Source: Burkholderiales bacterium (GTDB lineage Bacteria > Pseudomonadota > Gammaproteobacteria > Burkholderiales > Casimicrobiaceae). Taken from it: a stretch of DNA of 64,000 bases. Position 1 is the stretch's first letter; the number at the start of each line of letters is the position of its first letter. Below, piece by piece: positions 44,525 to 55,682 of the stretch. Under the pieces are notes generated by a model. It had not been told where the DNA came from. It ran no database searches and was given only the letters and a program-made list of their open reading frames with translations. A program made the position numbers and the translations under genes. The stretch is taken from NCBI GenBank assembly GCA_043721275.1, contig JAYSRA010000039.1, forward strand, positions 21,401 through 85,400. Reading direction: 5' to 3'.

Positions 44525-47209
44525 ATGCCCCAATTCACCCTAAAAACCTACCAATCCCAAGCGCTCGACGCGTTGACGCTGTTTCTGCGTCAAGCGAGCA
44601 CGATGGGGTTGGAGGCGGCGTGGGCGCATTCGATGGCGCGGCAGCAGGTGACGGGCGTGCCGTATCGTACCGACGAGCTGGGAGCGGTGCCGTGCGTGTG
44701 TCTGCGTATCCCGACCGGTGGCGGCAAAACGTTGATGGCAGCGAATGCGATACCGCGTATTGCAAGTGCGTGGACGAACACGCCGTTTCCAGTGGCGTTG
44801 TGGTTGACACCGAGCGACATGATTCGAACGCAGACGGTGGGCGCGTTGCAGTCAACGCATCACCCGTACGCGGCGGCGATGCGTGAGGCATATGGCAACG
44901 CGTATCGCGTTATCGAGATTGGCGATTTGGCGACGGTTGCGCCGCAAGATTTTGGCCGCATGGCGATTGTGGTGGTGGCGACGATCCAGACCTTTCGCGT
45001 CGAGAAGCGCAGCGATCGACGGGTATATAGCTTCAGCGAGGCGTTCGAGCCGCACTTTCGCGCGTTGAGTGCGGGTATAACGTCCGTCAGGGCGCGTGAG
45101 TTGGGCCTTGCAGTGGTGGAGCAGGCCGATCTGGATGAAGAGAAACAATCGTTTTTAACGACCAGCGATTTGGGTCGCGTTAAATCATCCGCTGCGAACC
45201 TGCTGGCGCTGATGCGGCCCATCGTGATTGTGGACGAAGCACACAACGCAAAAACGCCGAAGTCGCTGGATATGCTGCGCGCAATTTGTCCGAGCGTTGT
45301 GCTGGATTTGACGGCCACACCAGTGCCGAAAAAGACCAACGTGCTCTACAGCGTTTCCGCCCGCGAGCTTGAAGCTGAGCAGATGATCAAGCTGCCGATT
45401 TTGCTCGCCGAGCACACGCCGGATCATTGGGGTGACGCGGTGCGCGATGCCGTGCTTCGTCGTCATGCGCTGGAGGCGGAGGCGGTCAACGAGCTGGACT
45501 ATGTGCGCCCGCTGGTGCTATTTCAGGCGCAGGACAAAGGCGGTGATGTGCCGCCCGAGGTGTTGAAGGCGCACCTGATTGATGTCGAGAAAATTCCTGA
45601 GTATGAAATTGCCATTGCTACGGGTTCGCAGCGCGAGCTTGACGGCATCAATCTGCTCGATGCGAATTGCCCGATTCGTTATGTGATTACTGTGGATGCG
45701 CTGCGTGAAGGCTGGGATTGTCCGTTTGCCTATGTGTTGTGCTCACTGCAAAACCTGCGCTCAAATACGGCAGTGGAACAGTTGCTGGGTCGCGTGCTGC
45801 GCATGCCGTACGCAAGCAAACGCAAGAGCCGGGCGCTTAACCGGGCCTACGCGCAAGTGATTGCGAAATCGTTCACCGATGCAGCAGGCGCACTGGTGGA
45901 CAAGATGGTTGAGGGCATGGGCTTCAACAGGATTGATGCAGCGACTGTAGTGATGCCGGATGACGGTGACTGGTTCAGCGCGGCGGACAACGCGCCGTCG
46001 GCCCGCCCAAGTGCTGACTTTGAAATCGAATTGCCTGTTACAGCGACGGCGGCATTGGCGGCGCACCCGGATATTGTGGTTGCGCCAACAAGCGATCCCG
46101 CTCGCATCACTGTGCGCGTGGTGGGCGATGTGACCGATGCGGTGAAGGCGGTTCTTGTTGCTGCGGCGGGCAAAGACGAGGCAGCGCTGGTGGCGGTTCG
46201 CGTAGAGCTACACAATGCAATAGCAGCGACGCGGCGCGCCCCGTCAGAGCGCGGCGTTGCGTTCAAGCCGCTATCGCTCTTGTGTCTCAACCGTCAGGGT
46301 GAGTTGCAGTTGCTTGATGCCAAATTGCTTGAGGAGCTGGCGGAATTTGATCTCTTGTTGCAGGATCCGCAGCCACGGCTCGACGGATTCAATCTGGTTG
46401 AACAATCAGAGCAACTTGAGATTTACCTCGATGGTGAGCGTATGCGCTACGGCCAGGCCAAAGAGCCGCAGCTCAGTCTGAATGCGGTGCCCACAGCAGC
46501 GACTGAGAACGATCTGGTGCAAACGCTGACGCAACAGGCGCGTACGATTTACGTTGGTGCGAACGCGATGCAGGCGTACGTGTCGCGACTGGTTGCGCAT
46601 TTGATCCGCGAGCGTGGATACTCGCTGACGGGTTTGGTACGCGCGCAGTTTCAGTTGTCGCAACAGATTATTGCCCGCGTAGAAACCATGCAGGCAAAGG
46701 CGCGGACGACGGGGTTTCAGCAACTCTTGTTCGGGGCGAGTGAGTCAATGTTGGCCACTTCACCCGACTGGACCTTTGAGTTTCGGGCGGGCGCGTATCC
46801 GGCGCGAAATCCGTACGGCGGAAGCTGGCGATTCGACAAGCACTTCTTTCCTGTCATTGCCGACTTGAAAGTTAAAGGCGAGGAGTTTGAGTGTGCAAAA
46901 CTCATCGACCGTCACCCTGCGGTGCTGCATTGGGTGCGTAACTTGAGTCAGCTCCCGCAATTTGCGTTTTGGCTGCCCACCGCGACTGACAATTTCTATC
47001 CGGATTTTGTGGTGGAGCTGCTGGATGGGCGACTTGCCGTGATTGAGCACAAGGGCGAAGCCTATGCGACTAACGATGACTCACGCGAGAAGCGGTTAGT
47101 CGGCGAGCGCTGGGCGCAGACAACGGGACACCTGTTTGCGATGGTGGAATTGCAACGCAACGGAATGGACGTTGCTGCGCAACTAAACGAGGTGTTTCGT
47201 GCGCGATGA
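44525..47209 (+). CDS. res: type III Res-like SF2 helicase with C-terminal PD-(D/E)xK nuclease motif (intact, 894 aa)
   Basis: RIPTGGGKT (I), IVIVDEAHNAKT (II, DEAH), LDLTATP (III), LREGWDCPFAY, QLLGRVLRMP (VI). The C-terminal YPDFVVELLDGRLAVIEHKG gives D...ExK. Confidence 0.75.
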   Translation: MPQFTLKTYQSQALDALTLFLRQASTMGLEAAWAHSMARQQVTGVPYRTDELGAVPCVCLRIPTGGGKTLMAANAIPRIASAWTNTPFPVALWLTPSDMIRTQTVGALQSTHHPYAAAMREAYGNAYRVIEIGDLATVAPQDFGRMAIVVVATIQTFRVEKRSDRRVYSFSEAFEPHFRALSAGITSVRARELGLAVVEQADLDEEKQSFLTTSDLGRVKSSAANLLALMRPIVIVDEAHNAKTPKSLDMLRAICPSVVLDLTATPVPKKTNVLYSVSARELEAEQMIKLPILLAEHTPDHWGDAVRDAVLRRHALEAEAVNELDYVRPLVLFQAQDKGGDVPPEVLKAHLIDVEKIPEYEIAIATGSQRELDGINLLDANCPIRYVITVDALREGWDCPFAYVLCSLQNLRSNTAVEQLLGRVLRMPYASKRKSRALNRAYAQVIAKSFTDAAGALVDKMVEGMGFNRIDAATVVMPDDGDWFSAADNAPSARPSADFEIELPVTATAALAAHPDIVVAPTSDPARITVRVVGDVTDAVKAVLVAAAGKDEAALVAVRVELHNAIAATRRAPSERGVAFKPLSLLCLNRQGELQLLDAKLLEELAEFDLLLQDPQPRLDGFNLVEQSEQLEIYLDGERMRYGQAKEPQLSLNAVPTAATENDLVQTLTQQARTIYVGANAMQAYVSRLVAHLIRERGYSLTGLVRAQFQLSQQIIARVETMQAKARTTGFQQLLFGASESMLATSPDWTFEFRAGAYPARNPYGGSWRFDKHFFPVIADLKVKGEEFECAKLIDRHPAVLHWVRNLSQLPQFAFWLPTATDNFYPDFVVELLDGRLAVIEHKGEAYATNDDSREKRLVGERWAQTTGHLFAMVELQRNGMDVAAQLNEVFRAR

Positions 47210-47235
47210 ATTTGCGACGGCGTGCGGTCTAAGAT

Positions 47236-48246
<1,011 letters not shown>

Positions 48247-48303
48247 CTAGGGGAGCGCTTGACGCGGCGCGCACTGCCGTTTAGCGACGTTCTTTTGGTG
48301 TTC

Positions 48304-48417
48304 AGCTTTACGCTGAAACGACCGTTGTATTGGGGCTAAGCGCTTATTTGACTAGTAGTCGCTTTAAGCGATTTACCGTGTCTAGCCCTAACATAATGGC
48401 GCTTGTAGCTGAAAGCT
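48304..48417 (+). repeat. 114-bp TIR element, copy D
   Basis: agctttacgctgaaacgaccgttgtattggggctaagcg...tagtcgctttaagcg...tagccctaacataatggcgcttgtagctgaaagct. It ends about 11 nt from the pepN stop. Confidence 0.75.
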
Positions 48418-48428
48418 GTTGCGCATTT

Positions 48429-51050
48429 TTAATCCGATTTCAGCGTTTTTTCGATGATCTCGCGCACGTTGGCTGACAGGCTTTTTTGCGCGGCGAGCAA
48501 AGTAAGCTGGGTTTTTTGCAAACCGCGTTGCGGCTCGGTGCAGCGATGCCAACGCGAAAACGCGTCGCAGAACCGCGCGGCGAGCGATGGGTTTTGCGCA
48601 TCAAAACGCAAAATTTGCTCGGCGATAAATGCATAACCGGCACCGTCCGCGGCATGAAATCCGCGCCAGTTTTGGTCACCAAACGCATGCACCACGGAGC
48701 GCACGCGATTCGGGTTTTTGCCGTCGAACTTTGGGTGCGTGAGCAGCGTACGAACGCGCTGCAAAGCCTCTTCAGGTGAAGCTCGATTGGCGCAAGATTC
48801 AAGTTGAAACCAGCGGTTCAACATCGACAAATCGTTGTGCCAACGGTCATGAAACGATTGATAAATTGCGTCGCGCGCGGCGCACGGTTGATCGCGCAGC
48901 GCCATCATCGCGCCCATCACATCGGTGAGATTGTCCGCGTTGCTCCACGCCTGCAACGCCAGTTGTTGTGCGTCGGCGTCGGTCAACACATTGGCCAATC
49001 CTAGCAACGTATTACCTAGCGCACGATGCGCCATCGGGGCGGCGTCCAGGGTGAACGGTGCGCCGTTGAGCGCCGCTCGTTCGGTCGCATATCGCGCCAA
49101 AATTAAGGCGCGATTAGTCGTTGCAATCGCACGCATCACGGCGTCGCGCGCGTCGGCAATCGCGGTGGTGTTGATCACCGCGTCACGATCTGCAAGCTCT
49201 GCGTGATTGGGCAGCGCGAGCAGGTGCGCAATCAGCGCCGGTTCGGTCGCAGCGTCGGTAAGCAACGCGGCAATCGCCTGATGCAGCATCGGCGACATCG
49301 ATTGGCCCGCTCGAACCGCGTCATACGCACGGAAAAACAGGCTTCTGAGCGCTTGCCAGCGCACCACGCCGTCGCTGTCTTTAGCCACCAGCATCGCGAG
49401 CTCAGCGTCGCTGTAGCCAAAATCAATTTTGACCGGCGCTGAAAATCCGCGCAGCAACGACGGCACCGGCTTGGCCGCCACGCCGTCAAACGTGAAGCGT
49501 TGCAACGCGTCGCTCATGTGCAACACCTGTGCATGCGTCACCTCGCCGCTGGCGTGAACGAGTGCCATCGACAGCGGAATCACCATCGGCCATTTCACCG
49601 GTTGCCCCGGCGTCGGCGGCACGATTTGTTCGACGGTTAACGTGTAGCGTTGCGCGGCGGCGTCAAACGCGTCGGTCACCTTCAACAGCGGCGTGCCGGC
49701 TTGCGAATACCAGCGCTTGAACTGGGTCAAATCGCGGCCACTCGCATCTTCCATCGCGGCCACAAAATCGTCGCACGTGGCGGCGGTGCCGTCGTGCCGC
49801 GCAAAGTAGAGATCGGTGCCTTTGCGGTATGCGTCAGCGCCAAGCAGCGTGTGCAGCATACGAATCACCTCAGAACCTTTTTCGTACACCGTCACGGTGT
49901 AGAAATTGTCGATCGCTTCGTATTCGTCGGGGCGAATCGCGTGCGCCATCGGGCCTGCGTCCTGCGCGAACTGGCGCGACTGCATGAAGGCTGCCTCTTC
50001 AATGCGCACCACGGCGGGCGAGCCACGAAACGCCGAATATTGCTGCTCGCGAAAGACGGTGAAGCCTTCTTTCAACGACAGCTGAAACCAGTCGCGACAG
50101 GTGACACGATTGCCGCTCCAATTGTGAAAATATTCGTGCGCGACGATAGCGTCTACCACCTGAAAATCGGTGTCGGTCGCGGTGTCTTTATCGGCAAGCA
50201 CGAAGCGCGAGTTGAAGATGTTCAACCCCTTGTTTTCCATCGCACCCATGTTGAAGTCATCAGCCGCGTAAATCATGAAACGATCAAGATCGTATTCACG
50301 ACCGTACGCTTCTTCGTCCCAGCGCATCGCGGCTTTCAGGCACGTCATGGCCCAGGTGCAGCGCGGTAAATTCGCTGTGGTCGAATAGATTTCGAGCAAC
50401 ACGTTGCGGCCCGATGCGGTAACAATTTGATCTTGCAATCGATCAACTTTTCCGGCGACCAGCGCGAATAAATACGACGGTTTTTTGTGCGGGTCGTGCC
50501 ACACGGCTTCATGCATTCCGTCATCGAGATCGCGTTCGCTGACGAGGTTGCCGTTTGATAGCAAGACCGGAAAATCCGCCTTGTTCGCGACAATGGTCAC
50601 CTGATAAACCGACAGCACATCCGGCCGATCCGGGAAGTAAGTGATGCGCCTAAAACCCTCTGCTTCGCACTGCGTGCAGAACGTGCCGTTAGTGACGTAC
50701 AAACCTTCGAGCGCGAGGTTTGCGCTCGGGTTGAAAGTGGTGATTACGGTGAGCTTCGCCGGATTTGTTCCCAGCAGCGACGCGCTCATCGTGATGCGAT
50801 CTGCGGCTTTGACGTAATCGCCCGCAGAGAGCGCGTGATCGTTGAGTGAGATTGATTCAAGCGTGAGCCCGTCGCCGAACAGCACCAGATTTGCTGCTGC
50901 GTCGTCGGCGAGGTTTTTGCGCAGCGTCAAACTGGACGTGACGCGCGTGAGCAGCGGATCAAGATTGAAGTGCAGTTCGACCGTGTCCATCAAAAAACCC
51001 GGAGCACGATAATTATCGCGACGGATGACTACATTTTCCGGATTCTTCAA
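48429..51050 (-). CDS. pepN: aminopeptidase N
   Basis: GAMENKGLNIFN and HEYFHNWSGNRVT...WFQLSLKEG (the HExxH...E zinc motif). Confidence 0.9.
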   Translation of the reverse strand: MKNPENVVIRRDNYRAPGFLMDTVELHFNLDPLLTRVTSSLTLRKNLADDAAANLVLFGDGLTLESISLNDHALSAGDYVKAADRITMSASLLGTNPAKLTVITTFNPSANLALEGLYVTNGTFCTQCEAEGFRRITYFPDRPDVLSVYQVTIVANKADFPVLLSNGNLVSERDLDDGMHEAVWHDPHKKPSYLFALVAGKVDRLQDQIVTASGRNVLLEIYSTTANLPRCTWAMTCLKAAMRWDEEAYGREYDLDRFMIYAADDFNMGAMENKGLNIFNSRFVLADKDTATDTDFQVVDAIVAHEYFHNWSGNRVTCRDWFQLSLKEGFTVFREQQYSAFRGSPAVVRIEEAAFMQSRQFAQDAGPMAHAIRPDEYEAIDNFYTVTVYEKGSEVIRMLHTLLGADAYRKGTDLYFARHDGTAATCDDFVAAMEDASGRDLTQFKRWYSQAGTPLLKVTDAFDAAAQRYTLTVEQIVPPTPGQPVKWPMVIPLSMALVHASGEVTHAQVLHMSDALQRFTFDGVAAKPVPSLLRGFSAPVKIDFGYSDAELAMLVAKDSDGVVRWQALRSLFFRAYDAVRAGQSMSPMLHQAIAALLTDAATEPALIAHLLALPNHAELADRDAVINTTAIADARDAVMRAIATTNRALILARYATERAALNGAPFTLDAAPMAHRALGNTLLGLANVLTDADAQQLALQAWSNADNLTDVMGAMMALRDQPCAARDAIYQSFHDRWHNDLSMLNRWFQLESCANRASPEEALQRVRTLLTHPKFDGKNPNRVRSVVHAFGDQNWRGFHAADGAGYAFIAEQILRFDAQNPSLAARFCDAFSRWHRCTEPQRGLQKTQLTLLAAQKSLSANVREIIEKTLKSD

Positions 51051-51076
51051 GTACTGCTCGCCACGTTGAAACTAAA

Positions 51077-51613
51077 TTACTTCGCTGCCGGCACGTACGC
51101 TGACGGCTCCGCTGCGGCGTTTTGCGTTTTGCCGATAACCGACATCAGTTCAACGTCAAATAACAGTGTGGCATTGGGTGGAATGTCAGCACCCGCGCCG
51201 CGCTCGCCGTAGCCCAAGCTTGGTGGAATGATCAGTGTGCGTTGACCGCCCACTTTCATGCCGGCCACGCCTTCGTCCCAGCCTTTAATCACGCGGCCCG
51301 CGCCGACGATAAAGCCAAACGGCACTTTACGGTCTACCGACGAGTCAAATTTTTTGCCTTTGTTGTCGGGTGCAGTGGCGTCGTACAGGAAGCCGGTGTA
51401 GTGCACGAGAACTGGGCCGCCGGCCTCGGCCAGCGCGCCCGCGCCGACCTTGCGGTCGATGCTTTTAAGCGCGGTGGGCGCGCCCATAGCCGCCGCCGCA
51501 GGCGAGGCTGGCTTGGCGGTCGCAGCGGTGGTTGCAGTTTGCGCGTATGTGCATGCAGACAGAAGCAGCGCCGAGGTGGCCAATAGCGTTAGAACAGGTT
51601 GAGTGGTTTTCAT
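51077..51613 (-). CDS. FKBP-type peptidyl-prolyl cis-trans isomerase, exported (possible lipoprotein)
   Basis: Signal with LLSAC, and VHYTGFLYD...FDSS...PFGFIVGAGRVIKGWDEGVAGMKVGGQRTLIIPPSLGYG. Confidence 0.85.
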   Translation of the reverse strand: MKTTQPVLTLLATSALLLSACTYAQTATTAATAKPASPAAAAMGAPTALKSIDRKVGAGALAEAGGPVLVHYTGFLYDATAPDNKGKKFDSSVDRKVPFGFIVGAGRVIKGWDEGVAGMKVGGQRTLIIPPSLGYGERGAGADIPPNATLLFDVELMSVIGKTQNAAAEPSAYVPAAK

Positions 51614-51861
51614 AGGTAACTAATAGTTGAGGTGGAGGGTGCGACAGGTCAATGCCACGGTAGAACCAGAAAAATACCGACAATGACTCCATACGGCCCG
51701 ATAGGGCTTAGCACGGGGCCAGATTGGCAACATGTCCGGCATGCCGGGTGCATGCGCGCGATGCCAGCGTCATTTCGCTTGCCGCAGGGGGAAACGAGGG
51801 CTATTCTACGTTTTGATAAAAGCGTATTCTCACCTTCGATTGCAAAGAATAGACCGGAAAA

Positions 51862-53532
51862 ATGCTTCGTTGGCTCAGCAATTTGACCGATTCCCGCCCG
51901 TTGGGTTCAGTGGGAGGCGCACGCAAGTTCGCCGCGTCACTCGATCGCGATATTTTTACTGCGTCCGATGTGGTGTGCGCACAGCTGCGCGCGTTTGCCA
52001 GCGAGGCTGATCAGCAGGAAACGCTGGCCGCAGTGCCTTTGTTAGAGCTTGATCTGAAGCTAGAGGCGATGACCGCGCGGCTGGAGCGCGACTACCTTGC
52101 GGCCTCCTTGCAATCACACTCGCTGCGCGAGCGTTTGTGGGACACCGGTTACGACTGGTCGATGCGTTTTGCCGACGCGTATCGGCTGGTGATCATGCGC
52201 GAAACGGCGAGTCTCGCGTCACGCTCCGCCACAGAATTCGCCCGCGTTGCGGCGCGCTTTTTCTGGTTTCGCACGATGGCGTATCGCTACCGTTTGTATC
52301 GCCACGAAGACTGGATCCCCGGCATATGGGTGGAGACGCACCAGGTGTTCAGCAAAACCTGTGACCTGGGTGTGGATCATGTGGTGGTGCCCGACAACAG
52401 TGGCGTGAGCGCGAACGGCGTGGCCGCGACCACTTATCCGGCGCGTGCTTTTTCGGCGTTGTTGTTGCTGCGTTTGGGCAATGCGGGCGGCTACACGCCG
52501 TCGCAAATTTATGCGCTGTATCGAAAAATTGATGAGTTCACGCACGACGTTCGGCTGACTGCGCGGCCCGCGGCGGACGATGGTTTTGCGGTGAATCTGG
52601 GCGGCTCGGAGGGCTTGGTGCCGCGTCACGCGGTGCCGCAGGGCGGACAGTTTTTGTATTGCGACACCGCCACCATTCATTCGCGCGCGCTGGCTTGGCT
52701 TGATCAAGTGGAGTCGGAAGACGGTGGTCGCAACGTCACGCTCGGTGGTTCGCTGTCGCAAAATCCGCTGCTCGCGTTGCGTAGTGCGGTGTTGCGCATT
52801 GACCCGGAATTTAAGCCGCTCGCGCGCGCCAGCACGCGAAACGATGATCGCGGTCGGGTCGCGGCAACGTATGGCGTGACCAAAGTCGCCACTGCGATTT
52901 CGTTTGAACCGGGTATGTTGGCGGCGAGCTTGGAGGGCGAAAACTACGACTATGTTGACGCGGCAGAAATCGAAACGCTGGGGATGTTGAAAGACTCCAC
53001 CATGAAAAAGCTGCGTCGCGATTTGCCGCCCGAGGCAGGCCGGTTGAACTTGCAGTTTTGGCATTTGCGCGACCGCAGCGACACCGGCTACCGCTGCGTG
53101 ATGCCCAACACCTCCACCCAGCGGCTGCGGCTGCGGGACATTGCGGTGGTGACCGAAGAGGCGCCCGCTGCGGGCTGGCAAGTGGCAACCATTGTGCGGC
53201 TGCTCAAGCTGCCCGCTGGTCACATTGAGCTTGGCCTGCAAGTGCTGTCGCGCGATGTCGACATGATTGAGCTGCGCACGTTGCGCTCACGCCACGGCTT
53301 GTATCGCGACAACGCGTCGACCATGGTGGCGAGTGCGGTGTTCCGCGCGATTCGGTTGAAGAGCGCGTTTTTTGGTCGCCCGATCATGGGCTCGTCGTGG
53401 ATCATGAATACGGCGGACTATCAGGCGAGCGTGGTGTATGAAGTGCAGGGATCGTCGCGCCGCTTTGAGGCCAGCGAGATCATCAGCGAGGGCTCGGACT
53501 GGGTGTGGGTGAAGCCCAACGAGATCAACTAA
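51862..53532 (+). CDS. hypothetical protein (556 aa); possible degenerate PilZ-like C-terminal region
   Basis: The long ORF has normal composition, and the antisense 340-aa ORF is R/H/G-rich shadow. The only hint is ...KKLRRDLPPEAGRLNLQFWHLRDRSDTGYRCV (a DxSxxG-like motif). I recognise no confident family. Confidence 0.5.
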   Translation: MLRWLSNLTDSRPLGSVGGARKFAASLDRDIFTASDVVCAQLRAFASEADQQETLAAVPLLELDLKLEAMTARLERDYLAASLQSHSLRERLWDTGYDWSMRFADAYRLVIMRETASLASRSATEFARVAARFFWFRTMAYRYRLYRHEDWIPGIWVETHQVFSKTCDLGVDHVVVPDNSGVSANGVAATTYPARAFSALLLLRLGNAGGYTPSQIYALYRKIDEFTHDVRLTARPAADDGFAVNLGGSEGLVPRHAVPQGGQFLYCDTATIHSRALAWLDQVESEDGGRNVTLGGSLSQNPLLALRSAVLRIDPEFKPLARASTRNDDRGRVAATYGVTKVATAISFEPGMLAASLEGENYDYVDAAEIETLGMLKDSTMKKLRRDLPPEAGRLNLQFWHLRDRSDTGYRCVMPNTSTQRLRLRDIAVVTEEAPAAGWQVATIVRLLKLPAGHIELGLQVLSRDVDMIELRTLRSRHGLYRDNASTMVASAVFRAIRLKSAFFGRPIMGSSWIMNTADYQASVVYEVQGSSRRFEASEIISEGSDWVWVKPNEIN

Positions 53533-53550
53533 TTTCGTATTTCAGTCAAC

Positions 53551-53674
53551 AGCTTTGATGGTTTTATGTGCGAAAGCCCCGTTTTACCTGGGCTTTCGTC
53601 ATTTTAGGCGTCAAGTCGAGATTGGCGATATTGTGCGGCTAGCCCTAGTCAAGACGCCTGTCTAGCCAAAAGCT
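53551..53674 (+). repeat. TIR element, copy E (124 bp, ~10 extra bases in the left arm)
   Basis: agctttgatggttttatgtgcgaaagccccgttttacctgggcttt...caagtcgagatt...tagccctagtcaagacgcctgtctagccaaaagct. It lies between convergent genes, 19 nt after the 556-aa ORF stop. Confidence 0.7.
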
Positions 53675-53720
53675 GATGGTCGTTGTTGGGCTGATTTGAA
53701 GCCCAGCTTAATCGCGAAAA

Positions 53721-54614
53721 CTACGCCACGCCGTTGGCTTTAAACCACGCCGTCAACTTCGCCCACGCGTCGTCGGCGGTGGCCTTGCGATAGCTCGGGC
53801 GGTAGTCGGCGTAAAAGCCGTGCGGCGTGTCGGGATAGAGCGTGATGTCACTCTTTTTGCCGGCGGCCTTGAGCGCAGCGCGCATCTGCTCCACCGTGTC
53901 GTTCGGAATGCCGCCGTCGGCTGCGCCGTACAGACCGAGCACCGGCGCGTTGATTTGCGCGACGAGATCAATCGGGTTTTTAGGCTGCAACGGATTGGTC
54001 GCGCCCACCAAGCGGCCGTACCACGCGCCACCGGCCTTCACCGCGGGATTGTGTGCGGCGTACAGCCATGTGATGCGCCCGCCCCAGCAGAAGCCCGTCA
54101 CCGCCAATTTGTCGGCGTTGGCCTTGCCGCCGGCTTTGGCATACGCCACGCAGGCGTCGAGGTCGGCCATGACCTGCGCATCGGGCACTTTGCTCACCAC
54201 GTCGGACACAATCTTCGCGATTTCGGTGATTTTTGACACGTCGCCTTGACGCGCGTAGAGCTCGCCCGCAATCGCAAAATAACCGAGCTTGGCGAAGCGA
54301 CGGCACACGTCCTTGATGTGCTCATGCACGCCAAAAATTTCTTGCACGACCAGCACCACCGGGAAGCCGGAACCGGTCGCAGGCATGGCACGGTAAGCCA
54401 CCATATCGCCGTCTTTGGTCGGCACTTTAACTTCGCCCGCAACAAGGCCGTCGGCAGCGGTGGTGACGGTTTGCGCTGAAACCGGCAACACCGATGCGGC
54501 AAAACCTGCGCCGAGCGAGGTGACGATGAAGCCGCGGCGGCTTAAATTATTTTCGGGCACCAGCGCGTTGACTTCGTCAAGTGCTGCGGCGTGGGTGGAT
54601 GATGTTTGCGGCAT
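53721..54614 (-). CDS. dienelactone hydrolase family protein, Tat-exported
   Basis: Tat leader [23 protein letters not shown], and [20 protein letters not shown]...GFCWGGR. Confidence 0.8.
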   Translation of the reverse strand: MPQTSSTHAAALDEVNALVPENNLSRRGFIVTSLGAGFAASVLPVSAQTVTTAADGLVAGEVKVPTKDGDMVAYRAMPATGSGFPVVLVVQEIFGVHEHIKDVCRRFAKLGYFAIAGELYARQGDVSKITEIAKIVSDVVSKVPDAQVMADLDACVAYAKAGGKANADKLAVTGFCWGGRITWLYAAHNPAVKAGGAWYGRLVGATNPLQPKNPIDLVAQINAPVLGLYGAADGGIPNDTVEQMRAALKAAGKKSDITLYPDTPHGFYADYRPSYRKATADDAWAKLTAWFKANGVA

Positions 54615-54696
54615 GTGGACTCCTGTTAATGCAATCGAACAACGATGGGTTCGCATGACTGTTATTTTGACCGAAGCGATGTGCGTGCGTGCTTGG

Positions 54697-55518
54697 TTAG
54701 CTTCTACGCGCCTCGGTCACACGCGGATGATTGGCCAAGTCGCGATGCGTCGCAACGTCCGTGAACCCCGCAGCAGCAAGCAGCGCGGGCACCGATTCGC
54801 CCTGATCGTAGCCATGCTCAACCATGAGCATTCCGCCCGATTTAAGGTGCCGCTGCGCGCCGCGCGCGAGCTGCCGGTAGCTCTCCAGCCCGTCCACCGC
54901 ATCGGCCAGCGCAATGGCGGGTTCAAAGCGCAAATCACCCTGCGTAAGATGCGCGTCGCCCGGCACGATGTACGGCGGGTTGCTGAGTATTAAATCGAAT
55001 TGCGCGTCGGGTGGAAGCGCTGCAAACCAGTCGGATTCGATGAACGCTACGTTCGCGTTAAGGCGCTGCGCGTTGCCGCGCGCAAGTGCTAACGCGTGAG
55101 GCGAAATGTCAACGGCGGTGACGATTGTGTGAGGCCGTTCAAGCGCGAGGGTGATGGCGATGCAGCCGGTGCCGGTGCCGATGTCCACGATGCGCGTTGA
55201 CCCGTTGACGGGCACGTGCAACAGCGCGCGTTCGATCAACAATTCCGTCTCAGGTCGCGGAATCAGCGCCGCGGGCGAGCAGCGAAATACCCGTCCGTAA
55301 AACTCGCGTTCGCCGAGCAGATAAGCGATGGGTTCGCCTGCTGCGCGGCGTGCGGTGAGCGCGTTGATGTGGGTGATTTCTTGCGGCGTGAATTCGTAGT
55401 CGTCATGCGCCACGAGCCACGCGTGATCGCGCTTAAGCACCAGCGATAACAGCATGCGAATTTCGCTGCGTGGCATTGCGGTGGCGGACGCGGCACTGAG
55501 GAAATCGCGAACGTTCAT
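54697..55518 (-). CDS. prmC: release-factor glutamine N5-methyltransferase
   Basis: [11 protein letters not shown] and the SNPPYI motif. The start is set at MNVRDFL. Confidence 0.85.
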   Translation of the reverse strand: MNVRDFLSAASATAMPRSEIRMLLSLVLKRDHAWLVAHDDYEFTPQEITHINALTARRAAGEPIAYLLGEREFYGRVFRCSPAALIPRPETELLIERALLHVPVNGSTRIVDIGTGTGCIAITLALERPHTIVTAVDISPHALALARGNAQRLNANVAFIESDWFAALPPDAQFDLILSNPPYIVPGDAHLTQGDLRFEPAIALADAVDGLESYRQLARGAQRHLKSGGMLMVEHGYDQGESVPALLAAAGFTDVATHRDLANHPRVTEARRS

Positions 55519-55549
55519 GGGGCGAAGCGCCGCCAAGCGTGCGCTATAT

Positions 55550-55663
55550 AGCTTTTGCGCGAATGCCCTATTTCATTGCGGCTAAAGGGCGAAAAAGCAC
55601 AAAGTCGATTTACGGCCAAATGAGCCGATAGCCCGCACGTAATAGGCGTTTCAGCCAAAAGCT
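55550..55663 (+). repeat. 114-bp TIR element, copy F
   Basis: agcttttgcgcgaatgccctatttcattgcggctaaaggg...aaagtcgattta...tagcccgcacgtaataggcgtttcagccaaaagct. It ends 19 nt from the pyrF stop. Confidence 0.75.
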
Positions 55664-55682
55664 GCATCGCGAAAACCGCCAC

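Noticed and set aside
52219-53241. 340-aa minus-strand ORF antisense to the 556-aa hypothetical gene
   Set aside because: Its translation is R/H/G/Q-rich (typical GC-shadow composition) and it lies wholly within the longer plus-strand ORF, so I kept the plus-strand gene.
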